From NCBI RefSeq assembly GCF_964188315.1, contig NC_135671.1, forward strand, positions 4,278,001 to 4,342,000: 64,000 bases of DNA, in the 5' to 3' direction. A model generated the notes under the pieces. That model had not been told where the DNA came from, did not search any database, and saw only the letters and a program-made list of their open reading frames with translations. Source of the stretch: Podarcis muralis (lineage: Eukaryota). Of the stretch, positions 29,389 through 40,152 are shown piece after piece. Within the stretch, counting starts at the first letter, position 1; every line of letters starts with the position of its first letter. A program made the position numbers and the translations under genes.

Positions 29389-30488
29389 TCCCAGTTTCCC
29401 GTGGGAACAGACATTCTGCCAGGAGCTGAGAGTGATTTGTACCACATGCCGCAGGGTAAGTTTCCTTGGCCTGGAGTAGGGGAAGCAAAAGGTTCCTTGG
29501 AGGCTTGTGAATATTCACTTTGAATGTTCATAAAGCCTTAACTCTTTCAGGGTGTGGAAAAAACCTTGATTTAAAAAAAGGGGGGATGTAGAACCTCTGA
29601 TCCAAGTGCTGACTGTGGTTGATGGAACCACATAAGAGGACAATTCACAGTCATATTTTTTATTTCATTTCATTTTGTTTATTTTATTTCTTATTTCTTA
29701 TTTTTACTTCTTACTTCTTATCTTTCTTACCTATTCTTCACTTCAAAGTCCCAAAGCAGGTTACGATATACAGTCCACAGGAATAAGCCTATTGTTCAGT
29801 TTCTGTTAATTGGTTCTCGTGGGAAACTTGCAGATTCTAGCTTCGCACAATTAACTCAAGCTGGTGTCAATTTACTCTTGGCAGAAAGCCCAGGTCTGCT
29901 TGACCTAGAAACTACTCTGATTGGTTAACGACCAGCACTCTGCTCTGTTATCAAGGGATTGCTAGCTCAGTTTGAGGTGAGGTGTTGTTAGGAGTAGAAG
30001 TGCTGTGTATGGTTTTGAGAGAGAGAAAGAGAGGGTTTATTTTACTTTTACTTGTATGCAGAAACTCTGCTGGTTTTATTTTCTCCTTTTTAATAAATCC
30101 TGTAAATAGTTATTCTGAGTCTAGCTGACTAGTCATTACTGCCGCAACTAGCTTCTTCGCTGTGCAGGAAAACTCTGCTACGTTTGGGCTAAAGCCAGTA
30201 GGGCTATGCCTGACACTCCAAAGTTCCATGAGGTTATGGGCATTGTGCTGCCAGCCTGAGTTGCGGTGGTGTCAGCATCAACGGCGTTGGTTCCAGTAGT
30301 TCCAGAAGTTGTTGTTCCTGCTGGTGCAGCAGATGGACTCTGGCTGGTTCCTGACCGTGGTGAGCTGGTGACGCAGTGGACACAAGGACAACAGCTGCAG
30401 CGTGTGAGTGCTGGGTGCTGTGGTTCCTGTTTTCTCTCTCGGTGGTCGTGAGTAGCTGGTTCCGGGTTCCAGGGACATCGCTCTCAAG

Positions 30489-33122
30489 ATGGCCTCACAA
30501 CCAGTTCAGATGGCTTTTGAGCGTCTGAATGACTCCAATTACTTGCTGTGGTCGGAACGCATGCAGGCAGTGCTGCAGAGGGATCGTCTCTGGCAAGTGG
30601 TGAGTAAGTTTCCTGCGAAGCCTGATGATGAAGACCTCGATAACGACCAAAGAGCAAGGGCCACAATTGTCTTGGGGCTGGAAGATTCCCAGTTGCCGTA
30701 TGTGAGGGGAATCAAGACAGCTAGAGGTGTGTGGCAAGCACTTAAAGAACTCCATGTGCGTGAGACAGCGGTTTCCAAGCTGTTCATTCGCAAGGCATTG
30801 TACAAGGCAATGTTACAGCCTGGGGTTACAATGCAGGAACACCTACACAGTTTACAGTTAAAGTTTGCTGCACTACAGGAAAGAGACTGTGCGTTAGACC
30901 AGCAGGAGAAGGTGGCTATTATTTTGAGTTCTCTCCCGGAAAGCTGGGATAATTTAGTTTTGTCTCTAGAAGGCATGCAGGAGCATGATTTATCAGTCAG
31001 TTACGTTACTGGGCGTTTGATTGAAGAATGGCAGAAGAGGCAAGAAAGGTCGCTGGCTGCAGAGGCTTCTACAGGCGGGCGGTTTGGAAGGAGTTCTCAT
31101 GCCGTGCCAGAGGTGAAGCAAGAGCAGCATACCGGTGAGGAGTCAGCGTTTGCTGTTAGGCGTTGTTTCCAATGTGGGTCTTCAGCGCATCTAAAACGAC
31201 AATGTCCGGAGTTGGTCAAGTCTCAGTTGCCGGTGCAGGAGCAGAGACGAGATCAGCAGCAGCAGCAGCAGCAGCGTAAAAAGAAATTCTTCAAACGAAA
31301 ACAGTCGGCTCAGCTGGTGACCGGCGAGGTCAAGATTGCTGATGAGAAACAAGCGGTCTGGGTGGTCGATTCGGGAGCATCTCGCCACATAGTAAATTCA
31401 GATGAATTGTTTGTTTCCAAGAACTCAGCACAGCGCAGCCAGGTGGCTCTAGCAGACGGAAGTACTTCCGAAGTGATTTCGGGGGGTGCAGTTTTTGTTC
31501 CTTGTCTTCGTGAATGCCTGCAAAATGTACTTTGTGTGCCTTCATTAAGGAGCAATCTGATGTCTGTAGATTGTTTGCTAAAAGCTGGGTTTAAAGTGCA
31601 TTTTGAAGGAGACAGTTGCATCATTAAGAAGGCTGGTGAGATTTTAGGCACTGCTAAGTCAGAGGGAGGCTTGTTTTGGCTTAAAGCAGGATCTCAAGTT
31701 GCAGCAGTAGTCAGTAAATCTCAGCCTGCAGTGAATAACAAAGCTATACATGACAACTGTGTGCACTTATTGCATAGGAAAATGGGGCATGCTTGCTGGA
31801 AAAGTGTACTAAAAATGTCTGAATTGGCTGATGGGGGTAATTTAAAGAGTTGTAACAAGTACCTTGATTGTAATGTGTGTAAAAAGGTTAAAACCCACAG
31901 AGTCTCTTACCCCAGAAGTGACAGAGTTAGTGAGTCACCGCTACAGCTGGTTCACATGGACGTAATTGGTCCATTTGCTGTAAGCAGGGGTGGATCGCGC
32001 TTTTCACTAACAATTGTGGATGACGCCACACGTTATTCTTGGGTTTTTCCCATGAAGAATAAGGGTGATGTGTTCACTAAGTTTAAAGGCTGGGTGGCAT
32101 CTGTGGAAAGATTTCTGTCCACGAAACTTAAAAGGATACAGACGGACAGAGGTGGTGAATTTATGTCAAATGCCTTTAAAGATTGGTTACAAAAGCGTGG
32201 CATTGGGCATAGAAAAACGAACGTTTTTTCCCCAGAGGAGAATGGCGTTGCAGAGCGGAAAAACAGATCTTTACAAGATATGATGTTTGCCATGCTTGAG
32301 GATGCTGATTTGCCCATGTCTTATTGGGGGGAGAGCATGCTCACCGCGTGTTATCTCCAAAATAGGCTCTTTCATCAAACAATAGGTACAACCCCGTACT
32401 TTAAATTGTTTCAGAAAAAACCCAAAATTGACCATTTGCATGTGTTTGGATCAAAAGCCTGCGTATTAATTCCAAAACAAATGAGGAAGAAGGGAGATCC
32501 TAAGACCAAACAGTTAGTGTTTGTGGGTTACCAGGAGCTGGGAAAAGGTTTCCGCTTTGCTGAAGGGACAAATGGCATTGTGATCTCCAGGAATGCCAGT
32601 TTTTGTGAACATAGTGGCTGGGAGAGACTACATGCCAATACTGAGGTTTGGTTTGAACCTTCCCAGGAGCTTCATGACTCTGAAGGTAAACATAGAGAAT
32701 CAGAGTCTGAGGGGGAGGAAAGTTCAGATAAGAGCTCTCAAGAAAGTGGTGTTAGCCAAAGACCAGTTGCTAAGCAACAAAAGAGAGGTCGTAGTTCTGA
32801 GGAGGAAAGTGGGTCAGAAGAAAAATTTTCTCCCAGAAGATCTAAAAGACAAAACAAAGGAGTGCCTCCGGTGCGTTTTTCCCCAGATACTGCAAATGTG
32901 TTTAGTGTGATCGCAGAACCCAAGAGTTTTCAGGAGGTGTTAAAGTTACCAAAAGAGGAGGCAGAGCTCTGGAAACAGGCAATGGAGGAAGAGATGTCCT
33001 CTCTGAATGAGCACAAGGTCTTTACACCAGTAGCAGCGCCTGAGGGGGCAAAGATTGTAGGCTGCAGGTGGGTAAACAAACTAAAAGGTTTGCCAAACAA
33101 TTGTCCAGTAAGTTCAAAGTGA
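30489..33122 (+). CDS. gag-pol: copia gag-PR-IN polyprotein, frameshifted at the RT deletion (about 33073)
   Basis: RRCFQCGSSAHLKRQC, WVVDSGAS, HRKMGH..CNVC, LVHMDVIGP, TDRGGEF, ENGVAERKN, KIVGCRWV. Confidence 0.93.
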   Translation: MASQPVQMAFERLNDSNYLLWSERMQAVLQRDRLWQVVSKFPAKPDDEDLDNDQRARATIVLGLEDSQLPYVRGIKTARGVWQALKELHVRETAVSKLFIRKALYKAMLQPGVTMQEHLHSLQLKFAALQERDCALDQQEKVAIILSSLPESWDNLVLSLEGMQEHDLSVSYVTGRLIEEWQKRQERSLAAEASTGGRFGRSSHAVPEVKQEQHTGEESAFAVRRCFQCGSSAHLKRQCPELVKSQLPVQEQRRDQQQQQQQRKKKFFKRKQSAQLVTGEVKIADEKQAVWVVDSGASRHIVNSDELFVSKNSAQRSQVALADGSTSEVISGGAVFVPCLRECLQNVLCVPSLRSNLMSVDCLLKAGFKVHFEGDSCIIKKAGEILGTAKSEGGLFWLKAGSQVAAVVSKSQPAVNNKAIHDNCVHLLHRKMGHACWKSVLKMSELADGGNLKSCNKYLDCNVCKKVKTHRVSYPRSDRVSESPLQLVHMDVIGPFAVSRGGSRFSLTIVDDATRYSWVFPMKNKGDVFTKFKGWVASVERFLSTKLKRIQTDRGGEFMSNAFKDWLQKRGIGHRKTNVFSPEENGVAERKNRSLQDMMFAMLEDADLPMSYWGESMLTACYLQNRLFHQTIGTTPYFKLFQKKPKIDHLHVFGSKACVLIPKQMRKKGDPKTKQLVFVGYQELGKGFRFAEGTNGIVISRNASFCEHSGWERLHANTEVWFEPSQELHDSEGKHRESESEGEESSDKSSQESGVSQRPVAKQQKRGRSSEEESGSEEKFSPRRSKRQNKGVPPVRFSPDTANVFSVIAEPKSFQEVLKLPKEEAELWKQAMEEEMSSLNEHKVFTPVAAPEGAKIVGCRWVNKLKGLPNNCPVSSK

Positions 33123-33991
33123 AAGACTTAGGCCCGGTTAGGACATATCTAGGGTTGGAAGTGTGCTGGGCCCAAGATGGCAGCTGTCTAATTAGTCAGC
33201 AGAACAAAGTCAAACAACTACTGACTACATACAGGATGCAGGATTGCAAAGGGGCAGTGGTGCCTATGGATCCAGGTTTCATAAAAACACTTCATACAGA
33301 TGAGAGTCCTGAATTTGAACATCCTGATGTATATCATTCTGTAATTGGAAGTTTATTGTATCTAGCACAGTGGTCCAGACCTGATATTAGTTATGCAGTA
33401 GGCATATTAAGTAGATTGGTCTCAAAACCCACACTAAATGCCTGGAAAGGGGTAAAACAAGTTCTGAGATATCTCAAACAGACAATTGGCTATATGTTAC
33501 AATTAAATTCTTCAGAGGATGAAATGTTGAGTTGCTACTGTGATAGTGACTGGGGAAATTTGCCGGATAGAAAATCTGTCACAGGACTAGTCATAATGGT
33601 CGGTGGAGCTTTAATCAGCTGGCGGTCACGCAAGCAAGACGTTGTAAGTGTGTCATCAACGGAATCGGAGTACGCCGCATTGAGTGAATTGTGCAACGAG
33701 GTGATTTATTTCAAGCATTTGTTAGCAGATTTAAATGTAAATTGTGGAGAACCAGTACAAGTTTACATTGATAATCAAGCTTGTATAACCTTAAGTAAAA
33801 CAGAGGGTTTTAAATCGCGTTCCAAGCATATCTCTGTAAAATACCAAAATGTACGTTGCTGTGTACAAGACAATGTAATCACCTGTACTTATGTATCAAG
33901 TGAAGAAAATGTAGCAGATGTGTTAACTAAACCATTGGCAAAGATAAAGAACAAGCGAATGTGCAAGGGTTTAGGTTTGCTGGAAAAATGA
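33074..33991 (+). pseudogene. pol: copia RT C-terminal part and RNase H
   Basis: FKVKDLG..YLG, YHSVIGSLLYL, RPDISYAV, YCDSDW, STESEY, DNQA, KHISVKY, ADVLTKPL; YVDD region missing. Confidence 0.9.
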
Positions 33992-35915
33992 TCTCCTACA
34001 TAGGTGTATTTGGTGTTAATTGTTCAGCAGAATCTGTGAGGGGGTGTTCAGTTTCTGTTAATTGGTTCTCGTGGGAAACTTGCAGATTCTAGCTTCGCAC
34101 AATTAACTCAAGCTGGTGTCAATTTACTCTTGGCAGAAAGCCCAGGTCTGCTTGACCTAGAAACTACTCTGATTGGTTAACGACCAGCACTCTGCTCTGT
34201 TATCAAGGGATTGCTAGCTCAGTTTGAGGTGAGGTGTTGTTAGGAGTAGAAGTGCTGTGTATGGTTTTGAGAGAGAGAAAGAGAGGGTTTATTTTACTTT
34301 TACTTGTATGCAGAAACTCTGCTGGTTTTATTTTCTCCTTTTTAATAAATCCTGTAAATAGTTATTCTGAGTCTAGCTGACTAGTCATTACTGCCGCAAC
34401 TAGCTTCTTCGCTGTGCAGGAAAACTCTGCTACGTTTGGGCTAAAGCCAGTAGGGCTATGCCTGACACTCCAAAGTTCCATGATTATTTGCCTTCTGTGT
34501 CTTCACATCAGAGGTTCTTGGTTAAGTAAGGTGTTGTGTCTTAAAGCTGTAGAAGAAGGCTTTTTTCTTTTCTTTTCTTACATTGGTTTGCTGCCTACAT
34601 AAAATGATACAGCAACAACAACACACACAAAATCAGATCATTACGCAGAATATGGCTCAGGTGATTTTCATAAAACATACATTTTAAATCTAATATCTGA
34701 GTCAGTAACCAGTGATCAGGGCTTGGTAAATACCATTGTGACAGAAGGAAATAAATAATTACTGTCAATGTCACCATGCAAATTGCAATATGGTCCTTGG
34801 CATATACAGACAACATGATGCATGGCTGTGTCATTTGTAAGAGAAAGCTATTAAGATTTGCATCTCCCTCTCCCTCCAACCCAACCTCTCTTTTTGTAGG
34901 ACAACCTATTATACACCCACAGATTCCCCCTCAGACAGATATTAGAAAACTAGTCTAATACCCTTATACCCCCAAATTACACTACCCCCTCCATACTATT
35001 TCTCTGATCATTTTTGGAACTGTGCCCATTGACTTTCCTAGAGGAAATGGACTGAGCATAGTTGGGAACAGCGGCAGCTGGCTTCACACAAGGAAACTGT
35101 TTAATAGCTGAGGTTCCCAAATTCTGATTGCAATCATCATTCAGAATCAGTTTGGGGAATTGCATACATAGATATGTATCCTCAGGACCAGCCCAGGACA
35201 TTTTTTTGTATCTGAGGTGAACCACAACATGTGTCAGCATCGTCCTTGCCCCCCACACCATGCAAGCTGACTAGGACCTTTGCCCCTTTTGTACACCAAG
35301 CACTCAAAAGCCCCCAGGCAGCATGGCCAATGATCAGGGGTGACGTGACACCAAAGAGTCAATGTTGGGTAGTGGCTGGAGTGATGGACGTAGGCCTGGG
35401 AGAACAGGGCTAAAATCCCCACTTAGCCGTGAAGCTCATTAGGTGACCTTGGGATAATCTCTCGCTCTCGCTCTCTCTGCCTAAACCTACCTCACAGGAA
35501 TGTTGTGGGAATTAAATGATAAGGGGTAGAAGATATGGACACCACCTTGAGCTCATGGGATTAACAGGAAGAGTATAAAGGCAATAGATAAATATGGATC
35601 CGAGTTGAGGAGGCACCAAAGGCAAAAATGAAGCAGCAGGTGGGTGGGGGAAGAAGGAAGGCAAACAAGCGAGGGAATGGGGGGCAAGGAAGGAGGAGGT
35701 GATGGGCAGGCAGAAGACCAAAAGGCTGCCCTGCAGATTATTTGCATGGTGGGGGCGCAGTCATTAGTAACAGAATCCTTCTGAGATTTGCATTTCTTTC
35801 TGCACCATGATCTCATCATTTTAAAAAGCCCAAGTCAGTTTCCACTGCTGGACATCCAAAAGAGACCAGGAGAATTACACTCTGATACTTCTTTTCTTGT
35901 GGAAGAGTAACAACA

Positions 35916-36839
35916 ATGGGCATAACTACTCCATTTGGTATCTTTTTCCAGACCATTTTAGCAATTGAGTCCGCCATTGCCTTTTTAGGAAATGGATTTA
36001 TCATAGCTGTGAAAGGACACCGATGGCTCCAAAACTGGAAGATGGCCCCTTGCGACTTCCTCTTGACCAGTTTGAGCATCTCCAGAATTCTCTTGCAGTT
36101 GACGGCCATGGTGAGTTCCCTTCTGTACTACAACTCTCCATTGAGCTATATGCGTATTTATGATGAGATTTGCACATTTCTGTGGCTGTTTCTCAGCCAT
36201 GTCAGCCTCTGGTGTGCCACATGGCTCAATATCTTCTACTGTGTGAAGGTCACCAACTTCCCCCATCACCTGTTCCTCTGGCTGAAGCTAAGGATCGATG
36301 TACTTGGACCCAGACTGTTCGGAATGGTGATCATAGCTCTCATGCTCTTCTCTGTTCATCCAACCATTCTTCATTTTGAAAACAAGAAGGCCTGCAATCT
36401 CTCAGGAACTCTGACATGGAATTCCAGTCTCAGCATGGTTTGCCACAACCCATTCTTTGTTTTTAGAACTCTACAGTTATGTTCTTTATGCATGAGTTTC
36501 ATTCTCAGTGTAATGGCATCCATGGTTTTACTCATCTCCCTTTGGAGGCACAGAAAGAATATGAAAAAGAGTGGCTCTGCCATTAAGGACCTCAGCACTC
36601 AGGTCTATCTCAATGTCATGAAGTCTTTGCTGTTCTCTCTGTTCTTCAACGTTACTTATTTTGTTTCTTTAATCATTCCTATGTTTAGTCTGTACAGGAA
36701 TGGCACAAATGGCCAATTAGTTTCTGATATTGTGCTGTCTGCAGTCCCTTCAGCACATACCATGAGCTTAATATTGTCCAATCCCAAACTGAAAGAAATC
36801 TTAATGCACATTCTACACATCAGACAAAGGGCTAAATAA
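35916..36839 (+). CDS. TAS2R: TAS2R copy 3 (307 aa)
   Basis: TAS2R motifs; intact ORF. Confidence 0.95.
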   Translation: MGITTPFGIFFQTILAIESAIAFLGNGFIIAVKGHRWLQNWKMAPCDFLLTSLSISRILLQLTAMVSSLLYYNSPLSYMRIYDEICTFLWLFLSHVSLWCATWLNIFYCVKVTNFPHHLFLWLKLRIDVLGPRLFGMVIIALMLFSVHPTILHFENKKACNLSGTLTWNSSLSMVCHNPFFVFRTLQLCSLCMSFILSVMASMVLLISLWRHRKNMKKSGSAIKDLSTQVYLNVMKSLLFSLFFNVTYFVSLIIPMFSLYRNGTNGQLVSDIVLSAVPSAHTMSLILSNPKLKEILMHILHIRQRAK

Positions 36840-38188
36840 AGAGAAGAGGGCTGTGGATATGCTTCCCTTGACTCCAAGAAGACAAGATTCTCCCTCCCCC
36901 CCCCCCTCAGCCTCAGATGTACTGTCTGCTGCTCCTTTTTTAAAAATAATAACAATAAGATCTTCATAATACGATAACATAAAAAGGTATCTATGTAAAA
37001 AGAAAAACAGAGAAAAATAAAGAAAAGAAAATATGGATTCCTCTCAAAAGTAGGTCTTAACTCTTGTCTTACACAGATCGTGATGGACCCTCCCAGCTCT
37101 GACCTAGGAGCTCTCCTTTCTTCTCCTCTTCTCTCACTCAGGGAGGTCTTCCCTTCCCTGTCTCTCCATCCACTACCTACATGTAGCAAAGGCATCTTCC
37201 TCACTGCAAGAAGTGAAATTAAAATGAACCAGGCAGAAGGCCTTTATGGTAGTCGCACCCACCCTGTGGAACATCCTCCCAACTGATGTTGAAGAGAAAA
37301 GAACTATATAACTTTTTGTAGACATCTGAAGGTAGCCCTGTTTTGGGAAGCTTTTAATGCTCAATGAGTTTTTCTTTTCCTCTGTCAAGGGAAGCCATTC
37401 AGAGTGGCTGGGGCAACCTAATGAGAAGGGCAGGATATAAGAAACTGATGATGATGATAATGATTACTGCTGCTGCTGCTGCTGCTACTACTACTACTGC
37501 TTCTACTATGGCTCAGCTCAAATGCCTGCCCATGAGGCAACCCCAACATCTCACAAATACTTCATTGACCCATCTGCTCTTCTACAGTAGTTCAGTAGCA
37601 TTTCCTATCCATGGGGTTGAAGGCTGTTTCACACTTAACATGGCAGCCCAGGAACATCATTGTAGCAAAAACATTAGCCACCGTGGAGACAAAAGGTGTG
37701 AATAGGAGGGGCACATATGTTGAGTAATATTTAGTGCACAATTTGCCCAATGGAGACTGAAGAAACTGGCAGAACAAAGAGGGAGGGTATTGGCGAGGTG
37801 AGGATGAAGAGAGCTACAATTCCTATTTTATCCCAATTTTGAAAAATACTGTGATTGCGAATATGATAAGAGTTGTTAAACAAGATCAAATGAGTAGGAG
37901 GCTCACATTAAGGGGACAGCAAGATAAAATCACAGTGGGGGGACTTTTGATATTAACATTTTATTGAAAAACTTTCAATTATAAAGAAAAAAGTGATTCA
38001 AAGAAGAAAATAAAAATAAAAGGCACAAGAATGTGTTGAAAGAAACGAAACATGAATATACGCATTATACGAAAAATACCCTAACTCATACATTCTTATA
38101 CAAATTTGATATTGGTATCATAATACATATGAAAATATTAATAGCCTGCTGCATTTTGTATAAAGACATTCAGGATATTGTCATATTT

Positions 38189-38256
38189 CATAGAATCATA
38201 GAATCATAGAATCATAGAGTTGGAAGAGACCACAAGGGCCATCGAGTCCAACCCCC
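38189..38256 (-). mobile_element. CR1-type 3' end (CR1 LINE or CR1-tailed SINE fragment)
   Basis: (catagaat)n is the reverse complement of the CR1 (ATTCTATG)n tail, followed by gagttggaagagacc...gtccaacccc. Confidence 0.7.
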
Positions 38257-38738
38257 TAACAAACAAAGTCTAGGTCTGTAAGCAATTTGTCCATAAGTTG
38301 TGAGTGTTCTCATTGTGGTGAACTTGGGATAATTTCAGGATACTCTCCACCGGAAAGAGACAAGAAGACCACTCTGTTAGTTTTTGCAAGCGACAGGAAG
38401 GAATGTAACCAAAATATCAGAAATTGAGAGGTTACTTATGGTGAAACAGAATTACTACCAAGCACTGTAAAATTTATACCCACAACAACAACAAAAACCA
38501 CCCCAAACTGATAGAGAATGGTTGCTCATTGAAGTCTCAGTACGTGAACATCATGACACCTGGTTCTCTCATTAGTAACCGAACCCTACTGAGATTTGCA
38601 TTTTTTCCACATCATGATTTCATCATTTTAAAAAGCCCAAGTCTCCAGAGTTTCCACTGCTGGACATCCGAAAGAAACCAGGAGAATTACACATTGATAC
38701 TTCTTCCATTCAGGCTTTTTTTGTGGAGAGTAACAACA

Positions 38739-39668
38739 ATGGGCATAACTACTCCATTTGCTATCATTTTCCGGACCTTTTTAGCAATTGAGTCGGCTGT
38801 AGCCTTTTTAGGAAATGGATTTATCATAGTTGTGAATGGGCACCGATGGCTCCAAAACAGGAAGATGGCCCCTTGCGACTTCCTCCTGACCAGTTTGAGC
38901 ACCTCCAGAATTCTGTTGCAGCTGACCATCATGATAAATAACATTCTGTACAACAGCCTTCCGGAGAACTATACAGGTACTTTTACACGAGATATTGGCG
39001 CATTTTTCTGGTTATTTTTCAGCCAAGTTAGCCTCTGGTGTGCCACATGGCTCAACATTTTCTACTGTGTGAAGGTCACCAACCTCCCCCATCGCCTGTT
39101 CCTCTGGCTGAAGCTAAGGATCAATGTACTTGCACCCAGATTGCTTGGAATGGTGATCATAGCTCTCATGCTCTTCTTCTCTGTTCCTTCAACCATTCTT
39201 CATTTTGAAAACAAGAAGGCCTGCAATCTCTCAGGAACTCTGACACACAATGCCAGTCTCAGCAAGGTTTGCCACGACCAGTTCTTTGTTTTTAGAATTC
39301 TACATTTCTGTTCTTTATGCATGAGTTTCACCCTCAGTGTAGCGGCATCCATGGTTTTGCTCATCTCTCTTTGGAGGCACAGAAGGAATCTAAGAAAGAG
39401 TGGCTCTCTCATTCAGGACCTCAGCACTCAGGTCTGTCTCAATGTCATGAAGTCTTCGTTGTTCTCTCTGCTCATTGACATTACGTACTTTGCTGCTTTA
39501 ATCATTCCTGTAGGCGGTTTAGTCAGTTATGGCACAAATGGCCGATTAGCTCTTGAGTTTGTGCTCTCTGCAGCCCCTTCAGCACATACCATGATCTTAA
39601 TATTGTCCAATCCAAGACTGAAAGAAATCTTAATGCACATTCTACACATCAAACGAAGTGCTACATAA
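38739..39668 (+). CDS. TAS2R: TAS2R copy 4 (309 aa from MGITT; an in-frame upstream ATG at 38553 could add 62 aa)
   Basis: TAS2R motifs; intact ORF. Confidence 0.95.
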   Translation: MGITTPFAIIFRTFLAIESAVAFLGNGFIIVVNGHRWLQNRKMAPCDFLLTSLSTSRILLQLTIMINNILYNSLPENYTGTFTRDIGAFFWLFFSQVSLWCATWLNIFYCVKVTNLPHRLFLWLKLRINVLAPRLLGMVIIALMLFFSVPSTILHFENKKACNLSGTLTHNASLSKVCHDQFFVFRILHFCSLCMSFTLSVAASMVLLISLWRHRRNLRKSGSLIQDLSTQVCLNVMKSSLFSLLIDITYFAALIIPVGGLVSYGTNGRLALEFVLSAAPSAHTMILILSNPRLKEILMHILHIKRSAT

Positions 39669-40152
39669 AGAGAAGAGGGCTGTGGACTTGCACCCCTTGA
39701 ATACAAGAAGACAAGATTCTCTCCCTCCCTCCCTCCCTCTCTCTCTAACTTTCCTCCGATGTACTGTCTGCTGTTTTTCATAATACAACATAATACAACG
39801 TAATACAACGACGGGGAGGAATGTGACCAACTTATCAGAAATTGAGTGGTTACTTCTGGTGAAACAGAATTACCTAGATTTCAAGCACTGTAAAATTTAT
39901 ACACACAAAAAAACAACAACCCCACCCCAAACTGGTTGCTCATTGAAGTCTCAGTACCTGAACAACATGACACCTGGTTCTGTCATTAGTAACTGAATCC
40001 TACTGAGATTTGCATTGTTTCCACATCATGATTTCATCATTTTAAAAAGCCCAAGTCTCCAGAGTTTCCACTGCTGGAGATCCAAAAGAGACCAGGAGAA
40101 TTACACGCTGATACTTCTTCCACTGAGGCATTTTTGGCAGAAATTAACAGCA

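Larger units (their letters stand above)
29793..34480 (+). mobile_element. Ty1/copia LTR retrotransposon with an internal deletion of the RT core
   Basis: 436-bp LTRs at 29793-30228 and 34045-34480, identical by eye; PBS ggttatgggc at 30232-30241; PPT gaggggg; domain order gag-PR-IN-RT-RH. TSD not clear. Confidence 0.94.
3765..37077 (+). repeat. Tandem segmental array of 4 units, basic period about 5.5 kb (OR 3' half + spacer + TAS2R + about 225 bp 3' flank)
   Basis: The junction cttgtcttaaacaga|g(t/g)gaaatg recurs at 9249, 21232 and 26568; spacer blocks recur at about 4.2-8.1, 21.6-25.4 and 27.0-35.9 kb. Confidence 0.9.

Noticed and set aside
40015-40152. N-terminal extensions of TAS2R copies 5, 6 and 7 in the ORF track
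   Set aside because: They begin at TTG, have no in-frame ATG, and overlap a predicted intron 3' end.
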